This document shows, piece by piece, positions 43,355 to 52,315 of a stretch of DNA of 64,000 bases. The stretch spans positions 172,431 through 236,430 of IMG/VR virus record IMGVR_UViG_2162886007_000107; one strand, given 5' to 3'. The notes beneath the pieces are model-generated. The model saw nothing but the letters and a program-made list of their open reading frames with translations. It was not told the DNA's origin and did no database searches. Every line of letters begins with the position of its first letter. The stretch's first letter is position 1. A program made the position numbers and the translations under genes.

Positions 43355-44305
43355 ATGTCCGCTGTTAAAGCCGCAGTCCCTGCTTCTTCCGTTACCGTCC
43401 AGAACAAGAAAGCGTTGCAGTTCGTTCTCGACACCGGTCCAAACGAAAAGAATCTGGAAGAACTCGGTATGAGCCGTGACTTCCAGCGTGATACCAAGAA
43501 CCGCATGATCGAGATCAACGTCCAGACCGGCCTGCCAGCCAAGCAAGGTCAAGACGTTCCGGTGCACGTCGTCTACCTCAACGGTCCGGTCATCGCTTAT
43601 GGTCTGATCTCCACTGTCGAAGATGGCTTCCGCCTGGCCACGATCTGCACCCAAGCCAGCACCACTTACATGGTCATGGTCGGCAAGAAGTGCTTCCACT
43701 TCGTCTACGACAAGACTGCTCGTTCGTGCCGTGAAGCGCTGGAAACCCTGTTCACCGAATGCCTGAATCGTGGTCCTCGTGGCTACGAAAACAACAACAC
43801 CATGATCCCGGACTTCTGGGACCGTCTGCTAACCCTGCTGATGCCTGAAGGCGGCATCCTGGAATTCGGTCTGTTCACTCGTGACAAAGACTACGTTCCT
43901 TCCCGTCTGTACTTCACCGTCGGTGCCAAAGACCACACCCTGTCGGTTGGCGGTCTGTGCTACAACCTGGTGTTCGACAAGTTCCCACGCGAGTCGATCA
44001 ACAAAGGTCTGAACAAGTGGAACGATCAGCAGAAGCAGGCTGGCAAAGCTGTGGGTGCTCGCGTTTCCCTGGGCGACCTCATCGTCCCAAAAGGCAACAA
44101 GGACAAAGCCAAACGTCCTGAAGCTATCGATCCTGCAAAGCTGGGTATCAAGCCGTGGGAAGAGCTGGTGAAAACCCACGAGCGTACTCCTGCTGAAATC
44201 GAAGGCGATCGCAAGCGTGCTCTGGCGGTACAAGCCAAGCGTGAAGCCAAAGGCGGTACCAAGCCTGCTGCAAAGCCTGAAGGCAAGGGCAAAGCCAAGA
44301 AGTAA
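43355..44305 (+). CDS. hypothetical protein with Lys/Ala-rich tail (probably highly expressed)
   Basis: AAGGA RBS; very strong codon bias. Confidence 0.8.
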   Translation: MSAVKAAVPASSVTVQNKKALQFVLDTGPNEKNLEELGMSRDFQRDTKNRMIEINVQTGLPAKQGQDVPVHVVYLNGPVIAYGLISTVEDGFRLATICTQASTTYMVMVGKKCFHFVYDKTARSCREALETLFTECLNRGPRGYENNNTMIPDFWDRLLTLLMPEGGILEFGLFTRDKDYVPSRLYFTVGAKDHTLSVGGLCYNLVFDKFPRESINKGLNKWNDQQKQAGKAVGARVSLGDLIVPKGNKDKAKRPEAIDPAKLGIKPWEELVKTHERTPAEIEGDRKRALAVQAKREAKGGTKPAAKPEGKGKAKK

Positions 44306-44324
44306 GTAACAACGCTGCGCATAT

Positions 44325-44370
44325 CCTCCTAGTCCCTAAACAGGACTAGGAGGTTTTATTTCTTTTATTT
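44325..44370 (+). terminator. intrinsic terminator
   Basis: CCTCCTAGTCC/GGACTAGGAGG stem plus TTTTATTT. Confidence 0.85.
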
Positions 44371-44388
44371 GTTTTAGGGGTAGTTGTT

Positions 44389-45294
44389 GTGTCTAAAGAA
44401 GAACGTCCTGCACCAGTAGATATGCTTTGGTTGGCCAATGGTGAAAAAGATCTGCATCCTCGTTATGTAGAGATTGGTCGTGAAGAACTGATGGGTGCTC
44501 ATCGCCTCAGTGATGATGAACTCGCCTGGCATCTGGCTATGATGTCAACTATTAGCGAGGCTGAAGATACTCAGCGCATGATGCAGTCTCATCGTACCGG
44601 TGGCGACTACATTAACAAAAGCACCCTGGGTGAAATGGGTAAAGACCGCATTCGTTGGTTGTCTCGTCGGGTGGCTGTGCTGGAAGGTCGGTATCCAGGC
44701 GTTCTCCCGCCAATCTCTGCCCAACCAGCACCGCCTGTTGCTCTGGACGATATCAAGATCGATCCTCCAGAGTTGGTTGCTGAAGCAGAGTTGGAATTCC
44801 ATCTGCCAAGACTGACTGCGGTATTGGGAATTACTCCGGATACTCCAAGCACGTCGGTTCCTCGGATCCTTCGTGAGAAGAAGTTCGGACTCAACCCGGT
44901 TAAAGTCGGTATTGTCTTTGGGCATCTGCTCAAGAGCAAATCGTCAGAGCGTTGGCATCTGTACGTGGAAATGGTTCGCGATCTCCTGAAGAACTACAAG
45001 CTTTATGTTCCATTCCGTGAAGACGAGTTCTCATTGATTCGTCATGAGCGCGGTGAACGTACTGTTCTCATCGGGAAGTCGCGTTACCTATCCAGCGGGT
45101 CCCACGTTATCCGGGAAACCCCTACCACTGGTTTCAGTCAACAGGCTATCGATCATGAAGCTGAGAAGATCTACAACTCCTGGAAAGAACAGGAAGGGTG
45201 GACTCCTTGGCAGAAAGGTGGTAACTCAACCAAACAAACCGAAGCCCGCCAACTAGCTCTCCAAGCACTGACCAAGGAACATAACGATGTCTAA
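44389..45294 (+). CDS. mosaic hypothetical protein
   Basis: REEL...LSDDELA...KDRIRWLSR at the N-terminus; GWTPW..GGNS.KQ.EAR at the C-terminus. Confidence 0.75.
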   Translation: MSKEERPAPVDMLWLANGEKDLHPRYVEIGREELMGAHRLSDDELAWHLAMMSTISEAEDTQRMMQSHRTGGDYINKSTLGEMGKDRIRWLSRRVAVLEGRYPGVLPPISAQPAPPVALDDIKIDPPELVAEAELEFHLPRLTAVLGITPDTPSTSVPRILREKKFGLNPVKVGIVFGHLLKSKSSERWHLYVEMVRDLLKNYKLYVPFREDEFSLIRHERGERTVLIGKSRYLSSGSHVIRETPTTGFSQQAIDHEAEKIYNSWKEQEGWTPWQKGGNSTKQTEARQLALQALTKEHNDV

Positions 45295-45937
45295 TTCTTA
45301 CATTCCAGATTCTCCACAAGGCCACCTTGAATGGTCCGGGCAAAAGATCAAGAACCTGCTGGAAATCCATGATTACAGCAACACCAAGGCGATCATCAAA
45401 CAGTTGATTGTCAAAGACATCAACTTGAACCCTCGTCACCTTTCTGTCTTGTTTGACCAAAGACTTCCTCTTATCACCGATGGTGACCGTTTCACGGTAC
45501 TCAAAGAAGTGATGGAAAACCTGCGGTCTCAAGGCATCTACATTCCGTACATACTGGACAGCTACACCCTGAAAAACGGTGTTGGGTATATTGTCAAGTC
45601 CAGTCATCATATACTCGGCACTTTGCCTATTACCAAACACAACGCCCTGGATCTCTGGCGTTGGATGAAGTACGGTCAAAGCGTTCAGTCTCTTGTCGAA
45701 CGACATGAGAAGGTTGCGGCTATCGCCAAGGAAATCCATGCCGGCTGGAACCACCGCCTGGGTTGGCAACCGTGGGTTCCTACAACTATGGCGGAGGGTT
45801 ATCAGCTTTACGCAATTAACGCAGCCATGGATCAGATCGATCAAGAAGATCGTACCGAAATGAAATGGGACCAGGTAATGGAGTACGCCAAAAGCATGAT
45901 GGAGGGTAATCTTCCTCTGGAGCTTCCAAGTGCCTAG
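45287..45937 (+). CDS. hypothetical protein
   Basis: AAGGA RBS; A..I...W...GWQPW motif shared with the upstream gene. Confidence 0.75.
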   Translation: MSNSYIPDSPQGHLEWSGQKIKNLLEIHDYSNTKAIIKQLIVKDINLNPRHLSVLFDQRLPLITDGDRFTVLKEVMENLRSQGIYIPYILDSYTLKNGVGYIVKSSHHILGTLPITKHNALDLWRWMKYGQSVQSLVERHEKVAAIAKEIHAGWNHRLGWQPWVPTTMAEGYQLYAINAAMDQIDQEDRTEMKWDQVMEYAKSMMEGNLPLELPSA

Positions 45938-46361
45938 ACGTCCAACCAAGAACCCGGGTACTAATGAAAAGGTAGTCATCAGTAAAAAGCACGAGATGCT
46001 TGCACTGACCCTGTCTATCCTTCGTCTGTGCCCGCTGTACCTGTTTTATCGTTACGACCGTGCAAAGGTAGGTCTGGAATGGGATCGTCCCGCTAACACG
46101 GTTGTGGTGACTTACTGGTATAACGAAGTATTGATGTACCGGGTTAAAGCATACGTGCATCAAAATGCCGATAAAGAAAAGGTCGAAATCGATCTACGGC
46201 ATATGTACGTGCCTGACCACACGCCGGAAGAATTGGCGTTGTTAAAGGGCATGACTATTATCACGGCGTTCTACAACTTGATGGGGGTTATTACTCGCGT
46301 TACGTGGCAGAACAATCGTGAAGCTGAAGATACTGAAGATAGTTGTACTCGACAGTATTGA
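45930..46361 (+). CDS. hypothetical protein
   Basis: GGAG RBS with GTG start; ends before a terminator. Confidence 0.65.
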   Translation: MPRRPTKNPGTNEKVVISKKHEMLALTLSILRLCPLYLFYRYDRAKVGLEWDRPANTVVVTYWYNEVLMYRVKAYVHQNADKEKVEIDLRHMYVPDHTPEELALLKGMTIITAFYNLMGVITRVTWQNNREAEDTEDSCTRQY

Positions 46362-46369
46362 TCGGTATA

Positions 46370-46410
46370 CTACCTCTACTCCCAAACGGGAGTAGAGGTA
46401 GGTCTTTTCC
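46370..46410 (+). terminator. terminator-like hairpin
   Basis: CTACCTCTACTCCC/GGGAGTAGAGGTAG stem. Confidence 0.8.
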
Positions 46411-46413
46411 TTA

Positions 46414-46459
46414 TTTAATTTCTGGGCCTTTTTAAACCTATATTACTTGGGTATATCAA
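46414..46459 (+). promoter_or_regulatory. phiKZ-type early promoter
   Basis: TTTAATTTCTGGG-N11-CTATATTAC; core at 46439-46446. Confidence 0.8.
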
Positions 46460-46504
46460 TAGTAACAATGATTCATTCTGGATCATTAAACTAAGGGACT
46501 AAAA

Positions 46505-47017
46505 ATGAAACTGATTAACTCTGATCTGCGTACCTTCATCGATGCTTTCGGTATTGAAGGTGTTCGTCTGGTAGAAGCCTTCAATGTAGATATCTACATG
46601 CTGGATGATGCAACCGCCCAATCCTTGAACCTGGGTGAAGTTGGTGCGATGACTGCTGGTAACTGGTTCCGTAAAGACGGTGAAGCTGTTGCCATGATGT
46701 TCTTCAACATGGACCGCATTGCCGCATCGGTTGATCCACTGACCCGTCATATCAAAGGTTCGGTCTCCAAAATCTTCTGCTCCTACTTGGTGCATGAACT
46801 GACCCACGTTCAACAAATCATCGACGGTCGTATGAACCAGAAAGATGGTAAGTTGATCTGGGAAGGCAAGGTTTGGAAATTCAAGAACGATGGCTCGGCA
46901 GAGTACTACAACTACCCGTGGGAGCAGGAAGCCCACATGGCTCAGTTCACTTACCAGTGTGATGGTGATGTGAAAGCCGCTCGTAAAGCTCTGAACAAAC
47001 TGGCTAAAGCCGCTTAA
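46505..47017 (+). CDS. putative zincin metallopeptidase
   Basis: VHELTHVQQ...YYNYPWEQEAH. Confidence 0.7.
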   Translation: MKLINSDLRTFIDAFGIEGVRLVEAFNVDIYMLDDATAQSLNLGEVGAMTAGNWFRKDGEAVAMMFFNMDRIAASVDPLTRHIKGSVSKIFCSYLVHELTHVQQIIDGRMNQKDGKLIWEGKVWKFKNDGSAEYYNYPWEQEAHMAQFTYQCDGDVKAARKALNKLAKAA

Positions 47018-47027
47018 GGATAAGCAA

Positions 47028-47597
47028 ATGAAGTTTGAGAATTTCAACATTACTCTGTTCCGGGCAATGTTTGGTAGTGATGTTTATGACCTTGTTAAAC
47101 ACCTTGACTTTACGTTCAAGGTTACTAACAACCCAGTCAAAAATTTCAAGACCCTTAGTCCGGCGCATACCACTTGGTATGTCAACGAGGATGGCAAGAA
47201 CTGCATCATAGTTGAGTACAACATGCACCAGGTAATGGTGGCAGCCCAATTGGAGGGTCGCAGTAAAGGAGACTATTTGCGGGCATATCGCTGTGGTGTC
47301 TTTGCTCATGAACTCAAGCATGTGATTCAGATGTTGGATAGTCGTCTGTCAGGTAATAAGAAACACATTATCTGGGAAGGCAAGAAGTATCCAATGAAGC
47401 CAAGGAATCACTGGAAGTATTTGCAACAGCCTTGGGAGACTGAGGCTTTTGTAGCTGGGTACGTAATCACTTACGGGATCAGCGAGCAAGCAGCAATTAA
47501 ACTCTACCATGCAGCGGTCCACCGTGCGCGTCCTGCGTACATCGTTGTTTGGGATTGTCTTAAAGCCCTATTCGGGAAGGAACAGAAAAATGGCTAA
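47028..47597 (+). CDS. putative zincin metallopeptidase (paralog of 46505)
   Basis: AHELKHVIQ...YLQQPWETEAF. Confidence 0.7.
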   Translation: MKFENFNITLFRAMFGSDVYDLVKHLDFTFKVTNNPVKNFKTLSPAHTTWYVNEDGKNCIIVEYNMHQVMVAAQLEGRSKGDYLRAYRCGVFAHELKHVIQMLDSRLSGNKKHIIWEGKKYPMKPRNHWKYLQQPWETEAFVAGYVITYGISEQAAIKLYHAAVHRARPAYIVVWDCLKALFGKEQKNG

Positions 47598-48057
47598 CGT
47601 AACTGGTTATCGCGCTACCACCACTTTCCGCTACTTGGATCAATCTGACTTCTGCGACCATGTTTCTCATGGCGATGTCAGCAATGCGGTTGGCGAGTTT
47701 TACGAAGACGATAGTTTCGGCCCAGTTGGTATTTATATCGTCTGTGCTGCTTGCCGTGATAAATGTTTGGAATCTCAGGGTAATGAACCTAAAGTTTGCC
47801 ACGACTGCCGTATGACTGTCTTGCATAAAGACACCATCACCTGGAAGTGGTATGACTTCGATTCCAGACAAGGTGACGAGCCGCTCGTGATCTGCAATGG
47901 TTGCTGTGTTCTCCCTACTCACATTGCGCGGGTAGATAACGACACTCGTAACTATCGCGAAGAAATGGGCTACGAAGATGAAGATGACCGCGATGACGAT
48001 GATCAAGATGATGATCGCGATCGTTTCGATGTAGAAGACGAGCTTCTCGGGATGTAA
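47590..48057 (+). CDS. Cys-rich (putative Zn-binding) protein with acidic tail
   Basis: CDH, CAAC, CHDC and CNGC motifs; D/E-rich C-terminus. Confidence 0.7.
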   Translation: MANVTGYRATTTFRYLDQSDFCDHVSHGDVSNAVGEFYEDDSFGPVGIYIVCAACRDKCLESQGNEPKVCHDCRMTVLHKDTITWKWYDFDSRQGDEPLVICNGCCVLPTHIARVDNDTRNYREEMGYEDEDDRDDDDQDDDRDRFDVEDELLGM

Positions 48058-48145
48058 CAATGAAATACAAAAAGCCCGGCAAGTTAAAGCACTTGTACTT
48101 GTTGTTAAGAAGACTCTTTTCCAAAGATGCGTAATAAGGTTAATA

Positions 48146-48196
48146 CCTCCTATCTCCCAAGTGGGAGATAGGAGGATAACTTGTTTCTTTTTTTTG
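48146..48196. terminator. terminator between convergent early and late blocks
   Basis: CCTCCTATCTCCC/GGGAGATAGGAGG stem plus T tract. Confidence 0.8.
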
Positions 48197-48198
48197 CT

Positions 48199-49536
48199 TT
48201 AGACTTCTTCGATGATTGGTCTCCAACCAGCGTAGGTTTGAGTGCCGTTTAAAGCAACATACCAGCCAGCCAAAAGTTGACGGTTACCTGCGTTGTCAGC
48301 ATCGTTGTAGCCACGAACCAAATGAGCACTGTTACCAGTGATAATTTCCTGACACCAGGTCATTACACCAGCGCCTGCTGAGGTAGCTTTACTGGTAGAA
48401 AGCCCCAGTTCAGCATCCGTGTAAGCAGCCCAACGTGGATAAGCTTGCACCTCTGGCTGATTCAACGATACACCGCCGTATACGGGGTATATGAGGTCGT
48501 TAAACGAACCACCTGTGGCAATGGTGCCATAACCAGCAGGCTCGCTAGCAGCGCCTGTAGGAAGCCTCAGGGTATGTGCTTTACCATTGATCTGGAACTG
48601 TGTCGTCCCTTTGGTAATACCCAAATTATTCATTGCTTCCCATGTCATGCCATGACGCAGAGCTTTCTTCGGCATGTACACAGTCTTGCCTTTATAACGA
48701 TACTTCAACCAGGTGGTGTTAGCATTCGTTACAGAACCAATGGAACCCATACCAACCAAGGACGTCAGTGCAGCAACAGTAATGAAGTCTGCTTCAGCTA
48801 CTTCCCCATAGAACAAATCTTCAGGAGGAAGTTCACCAATGAATTCCAACACAGGACGGAAGCCATAAACATCCAACGTACCTTGTCCGTTACCTTCACT
48901 AGCATTAGCGTCATTGATAATGGTGTGCCGGGCAATTGGATTAAGACTTGTGCCAGCAGAGTAATCCCAGCCACGAGCAGACAAAGCAGTAGTAATGCTG
49001 GTATGTTGGTTTTTACATACCGAGATCACACCTCTTTGTCCAATCAAGTTGGGCGCTGTTAGCAAACCTAGATCTCCTGCGGTGTAATACGACCACACAT
49101 CAGCAGAAGGACGATCGGGAGCAGAAAAAATTGGCCACAGATATTGATCCCACTCACCGCCACCGTTGTTGTTCAGGATGGAAGAGAAAGGGTCAATAGA
49201 CATACCAGACATCAGACGGACCTTGTAACCTAATCCGCCGATAAGAACTTGCTTACCTGTCAGCAAAGAAGCTGCCTTTAAAGCAGCGACTGTTGTGCCA
49301 TAACGCAATGGTTTACGTGCAATGTAAAACGTCTTGCCTGCATCGATGTATTTCAACCAACCAGCTTTATCGTTGATCGGTGTCCCAGAGGTCAAGTTTA
49401 ACAAACTAGCCAATGCAGGACCATCAATCAGATCATCAGAACTCACCCATCCTTGGAATGGTTTACCTGCCACTACGGCAGGAGGGACAAACGGGAGCAC
49501 TCCGGTACTCCCAACAGAAATCAATTGTTCTATCAT
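48199..49536 (-). CDS. virion structural/putative receptor-binding protein, two GWRP domains
   Basis: MIEQL start; WLKY...GKT...P...; GFRPVLE and GWRPIIE. Confidence 0.75.
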   Translation of the reverse strand: MIEQLISVGSTGVLPFVPPAVVAGKPFQGWVSSDDLIDGPALASLLNLTSGTPINDKAGWLKYIDAGKTFYIARKPLRYGTTVAALKAASLLTGKQVLIGGLGYKVRLMSGMSIDPFSSILNNNGGGEWDQYLWPIFSAPDRPSADVWSYYTAGDLGLLTAPNLIGQRGVISVCKNQHTSITTALSARGWDYSAGTSLNPIARHTIINDANASEGNGQGTLDVYGFRPVLEFIGELPPEDLFYGEVAEADFITVAALTSLVGMGSIGSVTNANTTWLKYRYKGKTVYMPKKALRHGMTWEAMNNLGITKGTTQFQINGKAHTLRLPTGAASEPAGYGTIATGGSFNDLIYPVYGGVSLNQPEVQAYPRWAAYTDAELGLSTSKATSAGAGVMTWCQEIITGNSAHLVRGYNDADNAGNRQLLAGWYVALNGTQTYAGWRPIIEEV

Positions 49537-49546
49537 GAAATGGCAC

Positions 49547-50008
49547 CTATGCCGCCATAGCAACAGGCTTTGGCAAAGTTGGATTCTTAACGATACGGTA
49601 CACGTTAACACCGGCCATGATTACTTTCTTCTTCCATGGGGTTACTTCTAGCACATCCATTGACTCTTTCAAGATAGCGTCAATTTCTTTGCGTGTAACC
49701 GGTACTCTGGTTTCAACTCCATTTACCAACTCAATGATGTAGTAAGTAGTACAGAGCTTGTCATGCAAAGTGGTGCATTGAGTGTACTCGCCAATCGGAG
49801 GAAGCAACCACCACAGCCAACGTGGGATAGTAGCGCCATCCGTTTGAAAGCCTGTCTCAACAGTGACGTAGCGTTTGGAGTTCTCTACGCCAATGTAATA
49901 ATTAAACCCAGGAACAGTGTCCCAAAGATCCTTCTTATTAATCGCGCTCGCAAGTTTGTTGTAACGCAACTGCTCTTCAGCGCTAAACCGTGTGAATGCG
50001 CTCATCAT
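49547..50008 (-). CDS. DUF1353-like protein
   Basis: VTVETGFQTDGATIPRWLW...LHDKLC...RKEIDAIL. Confidence 0.75.
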   Translation of the reverse strand: MMSAFTRFSAEEQLRYNKLASAINKKDLWDTVPGFNYYIGVENSKRYVTVETGFQTDGATIPRWLWWLLPPIGEYTQCTTLHDKLCTTYYIIELVNGVETRVPVTRKEIDAILKESMDVLEVTPWKKKVIMAGVNVYRIVKNPTLPKPVAMAA

Positions 50009-50031
50009 TAAGCTCCGTGCAAGTGTTCGGT

Positions 50032-50661
50032 CTATACCCAGGGCTGGTATCCAGAAACCCAGATAAGAAGAGGACGCCAACCGTTAGAAGCAAAGGTGGT
50101 ATCCATGTTCTGATTATAGAGCGTTGTGTATTCGCCCTTAACTCCACGCGTGTAATACTGGAATTGGTTGTAGGTTTCGGTAATGTAGTTACTGACACCC
50201 TGACCAGCCGTGTTTTCTGGACCTATACCAATATCGTCATAGCTAAGGTTTGCCCAGCGGATTGGTGGATTTTGCCCATTCTGCAATTTACCACCAACAA
50301 TGATGCCAGACATAATCCTCATCCAATCGCTAGTATTGCCGTCTAAACCAGTAAAAGCCTTAATCATCCAGACACCACCCGCAATGTTCACATTCTTGCC
50401 GTACAGCAAGTTAGCGCTTTGCATGGTGCGATAAGAAACAGAATGGCGCAAAGGTTTCTGAGGAATGGCGTAAACGGTGTTGCCCTCGCGAAGAATCATC
50501 CATTGGATGCTGTCTCCTCCAGGCATTAACGTCCCCATCGACCCGGCACCTACAAGTGTGGACAAAGCAGACGCAGTAATAAAGTCGGCTGGATCAACTT
50601 GTACAAAAATTGGTTTGGGAGGAGTACCCTCAGTTGGGTTACTTATTAGCGCTTCGATCAC
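50032..50661 (-). CDS. virion structural protein, GWRP domain
   Basis: MIEAL start; C-terminal GWRPLL. Confidence 0.7.
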   Translation of the reverse strand: MIEALISNPTEGTPPKPIFVQVDPADFITASALSTLVGAGSMGTLMPGGDSIQWMILREGNTVYAIPQKPLRHSVSYRTMQSANLLYGKNVNIAGGVWMIKAFTGLDGNTSDWMRIMSGIIVGGKLQNGQNPPIRWANLSYDDIGIGPENTAGQGVSNYITETYNQFQYYTRGVKGEYTTLYNQNMDTTFASNGWRPLLIWVSGYQPWV

Positions 50662-50680
50662 GGTAAAACTCCTTCAGGAC

Positions 50681-50707
50681 TATCCTCCCCCAACTAGGGG
50701 GAGAATA
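50681..50707 (-). terminator. hairpin within the late cluster
   Basis: CTCCCCC/GGGGGAG stem. Confidence 0.45.
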
Positions 50708-50729
50708 ACCTGTTTACTTAAGCGCTTTA

Positions 50730-51386
50730 TTACGCGGTGAAGAAATCTTCTTCTGTTGGCAGGGTCGGAAGTTCTTCAATGGTGGTGGCGTCACGAGCAG
50801 CGTCTTTCACGTCCCAAGTTTTCTTGTAGCCAAGGTTAGCAGCAGTAAATGCGGCGTTAGCCACTTCTACCATTTCAGCTGCACTGATGTCTACCACAAC
50901 GTTTTCATAGACGCGGAACGAGAAGGTTTGTTCGACGTTTGCTTCCACCATTTCTTTAGCAATGATGCGCAACCCAGTCAAGTTAGCGCGGTCGGCATTG
51001 CGAATCTGAACGTGATAAACGTTCTCGCCGAAAGTGTGAGGGAAGCCACGATCGAACATAGCGATACGCATGGTTTCAGCCTGAGTCTGCAACAGAGCTT
51101 TAGCGGTAGCCAGTTTCTCGGCCATCTCGACTTCACTGAAAGTACGAGAAATCCAAGTCTGACGCCATTCGCCATTAACTTCTTCAGGTGGGCCTTCAGT
51201 TACAACATCATTCACTGGAGGAGAAACTTCGGTCACAACTTCCAAGCCGAACTCGATCAGAATTTCAGCAGTGCTGGTTGGACCAAAAGAAGTATTCGGT
51301 GCAAAGGCCGACAGATCGGTCAGGAACAACGGATACGTGCCGGATTCAGAATGGATCAGGCGGGTTTGACGGGTTACTGTGGTCAT
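50730..51386 (-). CDS. tail fibre assembly-like protein (DUF4376-like C-terminus)
   Basis: VTEGPPEEVNGEWRQTW; QIRNADRANL...FRVYENVVVDISAAEM. Confidence 0.65.
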   Translation of the reverse strand: MTTVTRQTRLIHSESGTYPLFLTDLSAFAPNTSFGPTSTAEILIEFGLEVVTEVSPPVNDVVTEGPPEEVNGEWRQTWISRTFSEVEMAEKLATAKALLQTQAETMRIAMFDRGFPHTFGENVYHVQIRNADRANLTGLRIIAKEMVEANVEQTFSFRVYENVVVDISAAEMVEVANAAFTAANLGYKKTWDVKDAARDATTIEELPTLPTEEDFFTA

Positions 51387-51398
51387 GAATTGTTCTCC

Positions 51399-52304
51399 TT
51401 ACAGAACTAGTTCAAAGAGTGGACGCCAGCCGTGTTGAGGGTGTACTGCGGCTGTAGTCAGGCTGACGTTAAGCAAATCGGGGTTTGTCCCGCTACCACG
51501 GTTAATGCAAGTACTGGTTTGCAAGTCTGTGGAGAAGGTAATCCATCCGGCGTTAGCAATGTCATCCATTTGCCGGATACCCAATGTATCTGGATATGCG
51601 CGTGCTTGGAAAACATAAGGAAGAATCAGATCGTATTCGCCACCAACCTGATCAGCTGCCGCACCACTGGTACTGGACATTACTGCACGAGACGTAGGTA
51701 CTCGCATGATGAAAGAATGGTCACCCTTCGTTACTCCTTTGGCTTGAGGGATAGTACCAAAGGTAGTTTTAGCGTAGGGAGCCCAATCCGCACTTGGGAA
51801 GTTACCGTAGATCACACCGGCACGATACAACAGCTCCCAGGTCAGGTTGGTATAGATAGCCTGGCTTGCGATAAAGAGGATCTTCCCTTTATACACAAAC
51901 TTAAACCAACCTAGGTTAACGTCGGTGTTCTCGGTAGCAGAGCTAGGAATAGTTCCGACAAAGTTTTTACACTCTTGGGTCGTGAACAAATCAGACATTG
52001 CAAGTTTGCCGAAATAACCGAAGTTCCAATCACCACGATTAAGTACCTGAGGTCCCGGACCGGTGTATGGCATGTAAGCCAATGCCTTGTTTGGTGTCAA
52101 AGCTACGTCGGTTCCTTTACGAGAAGCTACGCGATAGTAGTACAGCTGATTACGTACCGCGGTATCGTCTGTGTAGGTCAGAGTGCCGCCGGGAACGACT
52201 ACCAATGGAGCTGGTAACGCGCCATCAGCAATCGGCGAAGCAGACCGATAGATCGTGTAATCATCAGCCGCATTTGAATCGGTCCAATCAATTTTGACGG
52301 GCAT
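51399..52304 (-). CDS. virion protein: FN3-like N-terminus plus GWRP domain
   Basis: IDWTD...YTIYRS...YYYRV; GPGP..L..GD..FGYFG; GWRPLFEL. Confidence 0.75.
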   Translation of the reverse strand: MPVKIDWTDSNAADDYTIYRSASPIADGALPAPLVVVPGGTLTYTDDTAVRNQLYYYRVASRKGTDVALTPNKALAYMPYTGPGPQVLNRGDWNFGYFGKLAMSDLFTTQECKNFVGTIPSSATENTDVNLGWFKFVYKGKILFIASQAIYTNLTWELLYRAGVIYGNFPSADWAPYAKTTFGTIPQAKGVTKGDHSFIMRVPTSRAVMSSTSGAAADQVGGEYDLILPYVFQARAYPDTLGIRQMDDIANAGWITFSTDLQTSTCINRGSGTNPDLLNVSLTTAAVHPQHGWRPLFELVL

Positions 52305-52315
52305 TTAACCCTCCG

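Noticed and set aside
47971-48040. GAT/GAC trinucleotide-rich repeat
   Set aside because: Explained by the Asp-rich protein tail; not an independent DNA repeat.
48060-48134. 24-aa basic amphipathic ORF MKYKKPGKLKHLYLLLRRLFSKDA
   Set aside because: No convincing RBS and too short to support without ribosome profiling.
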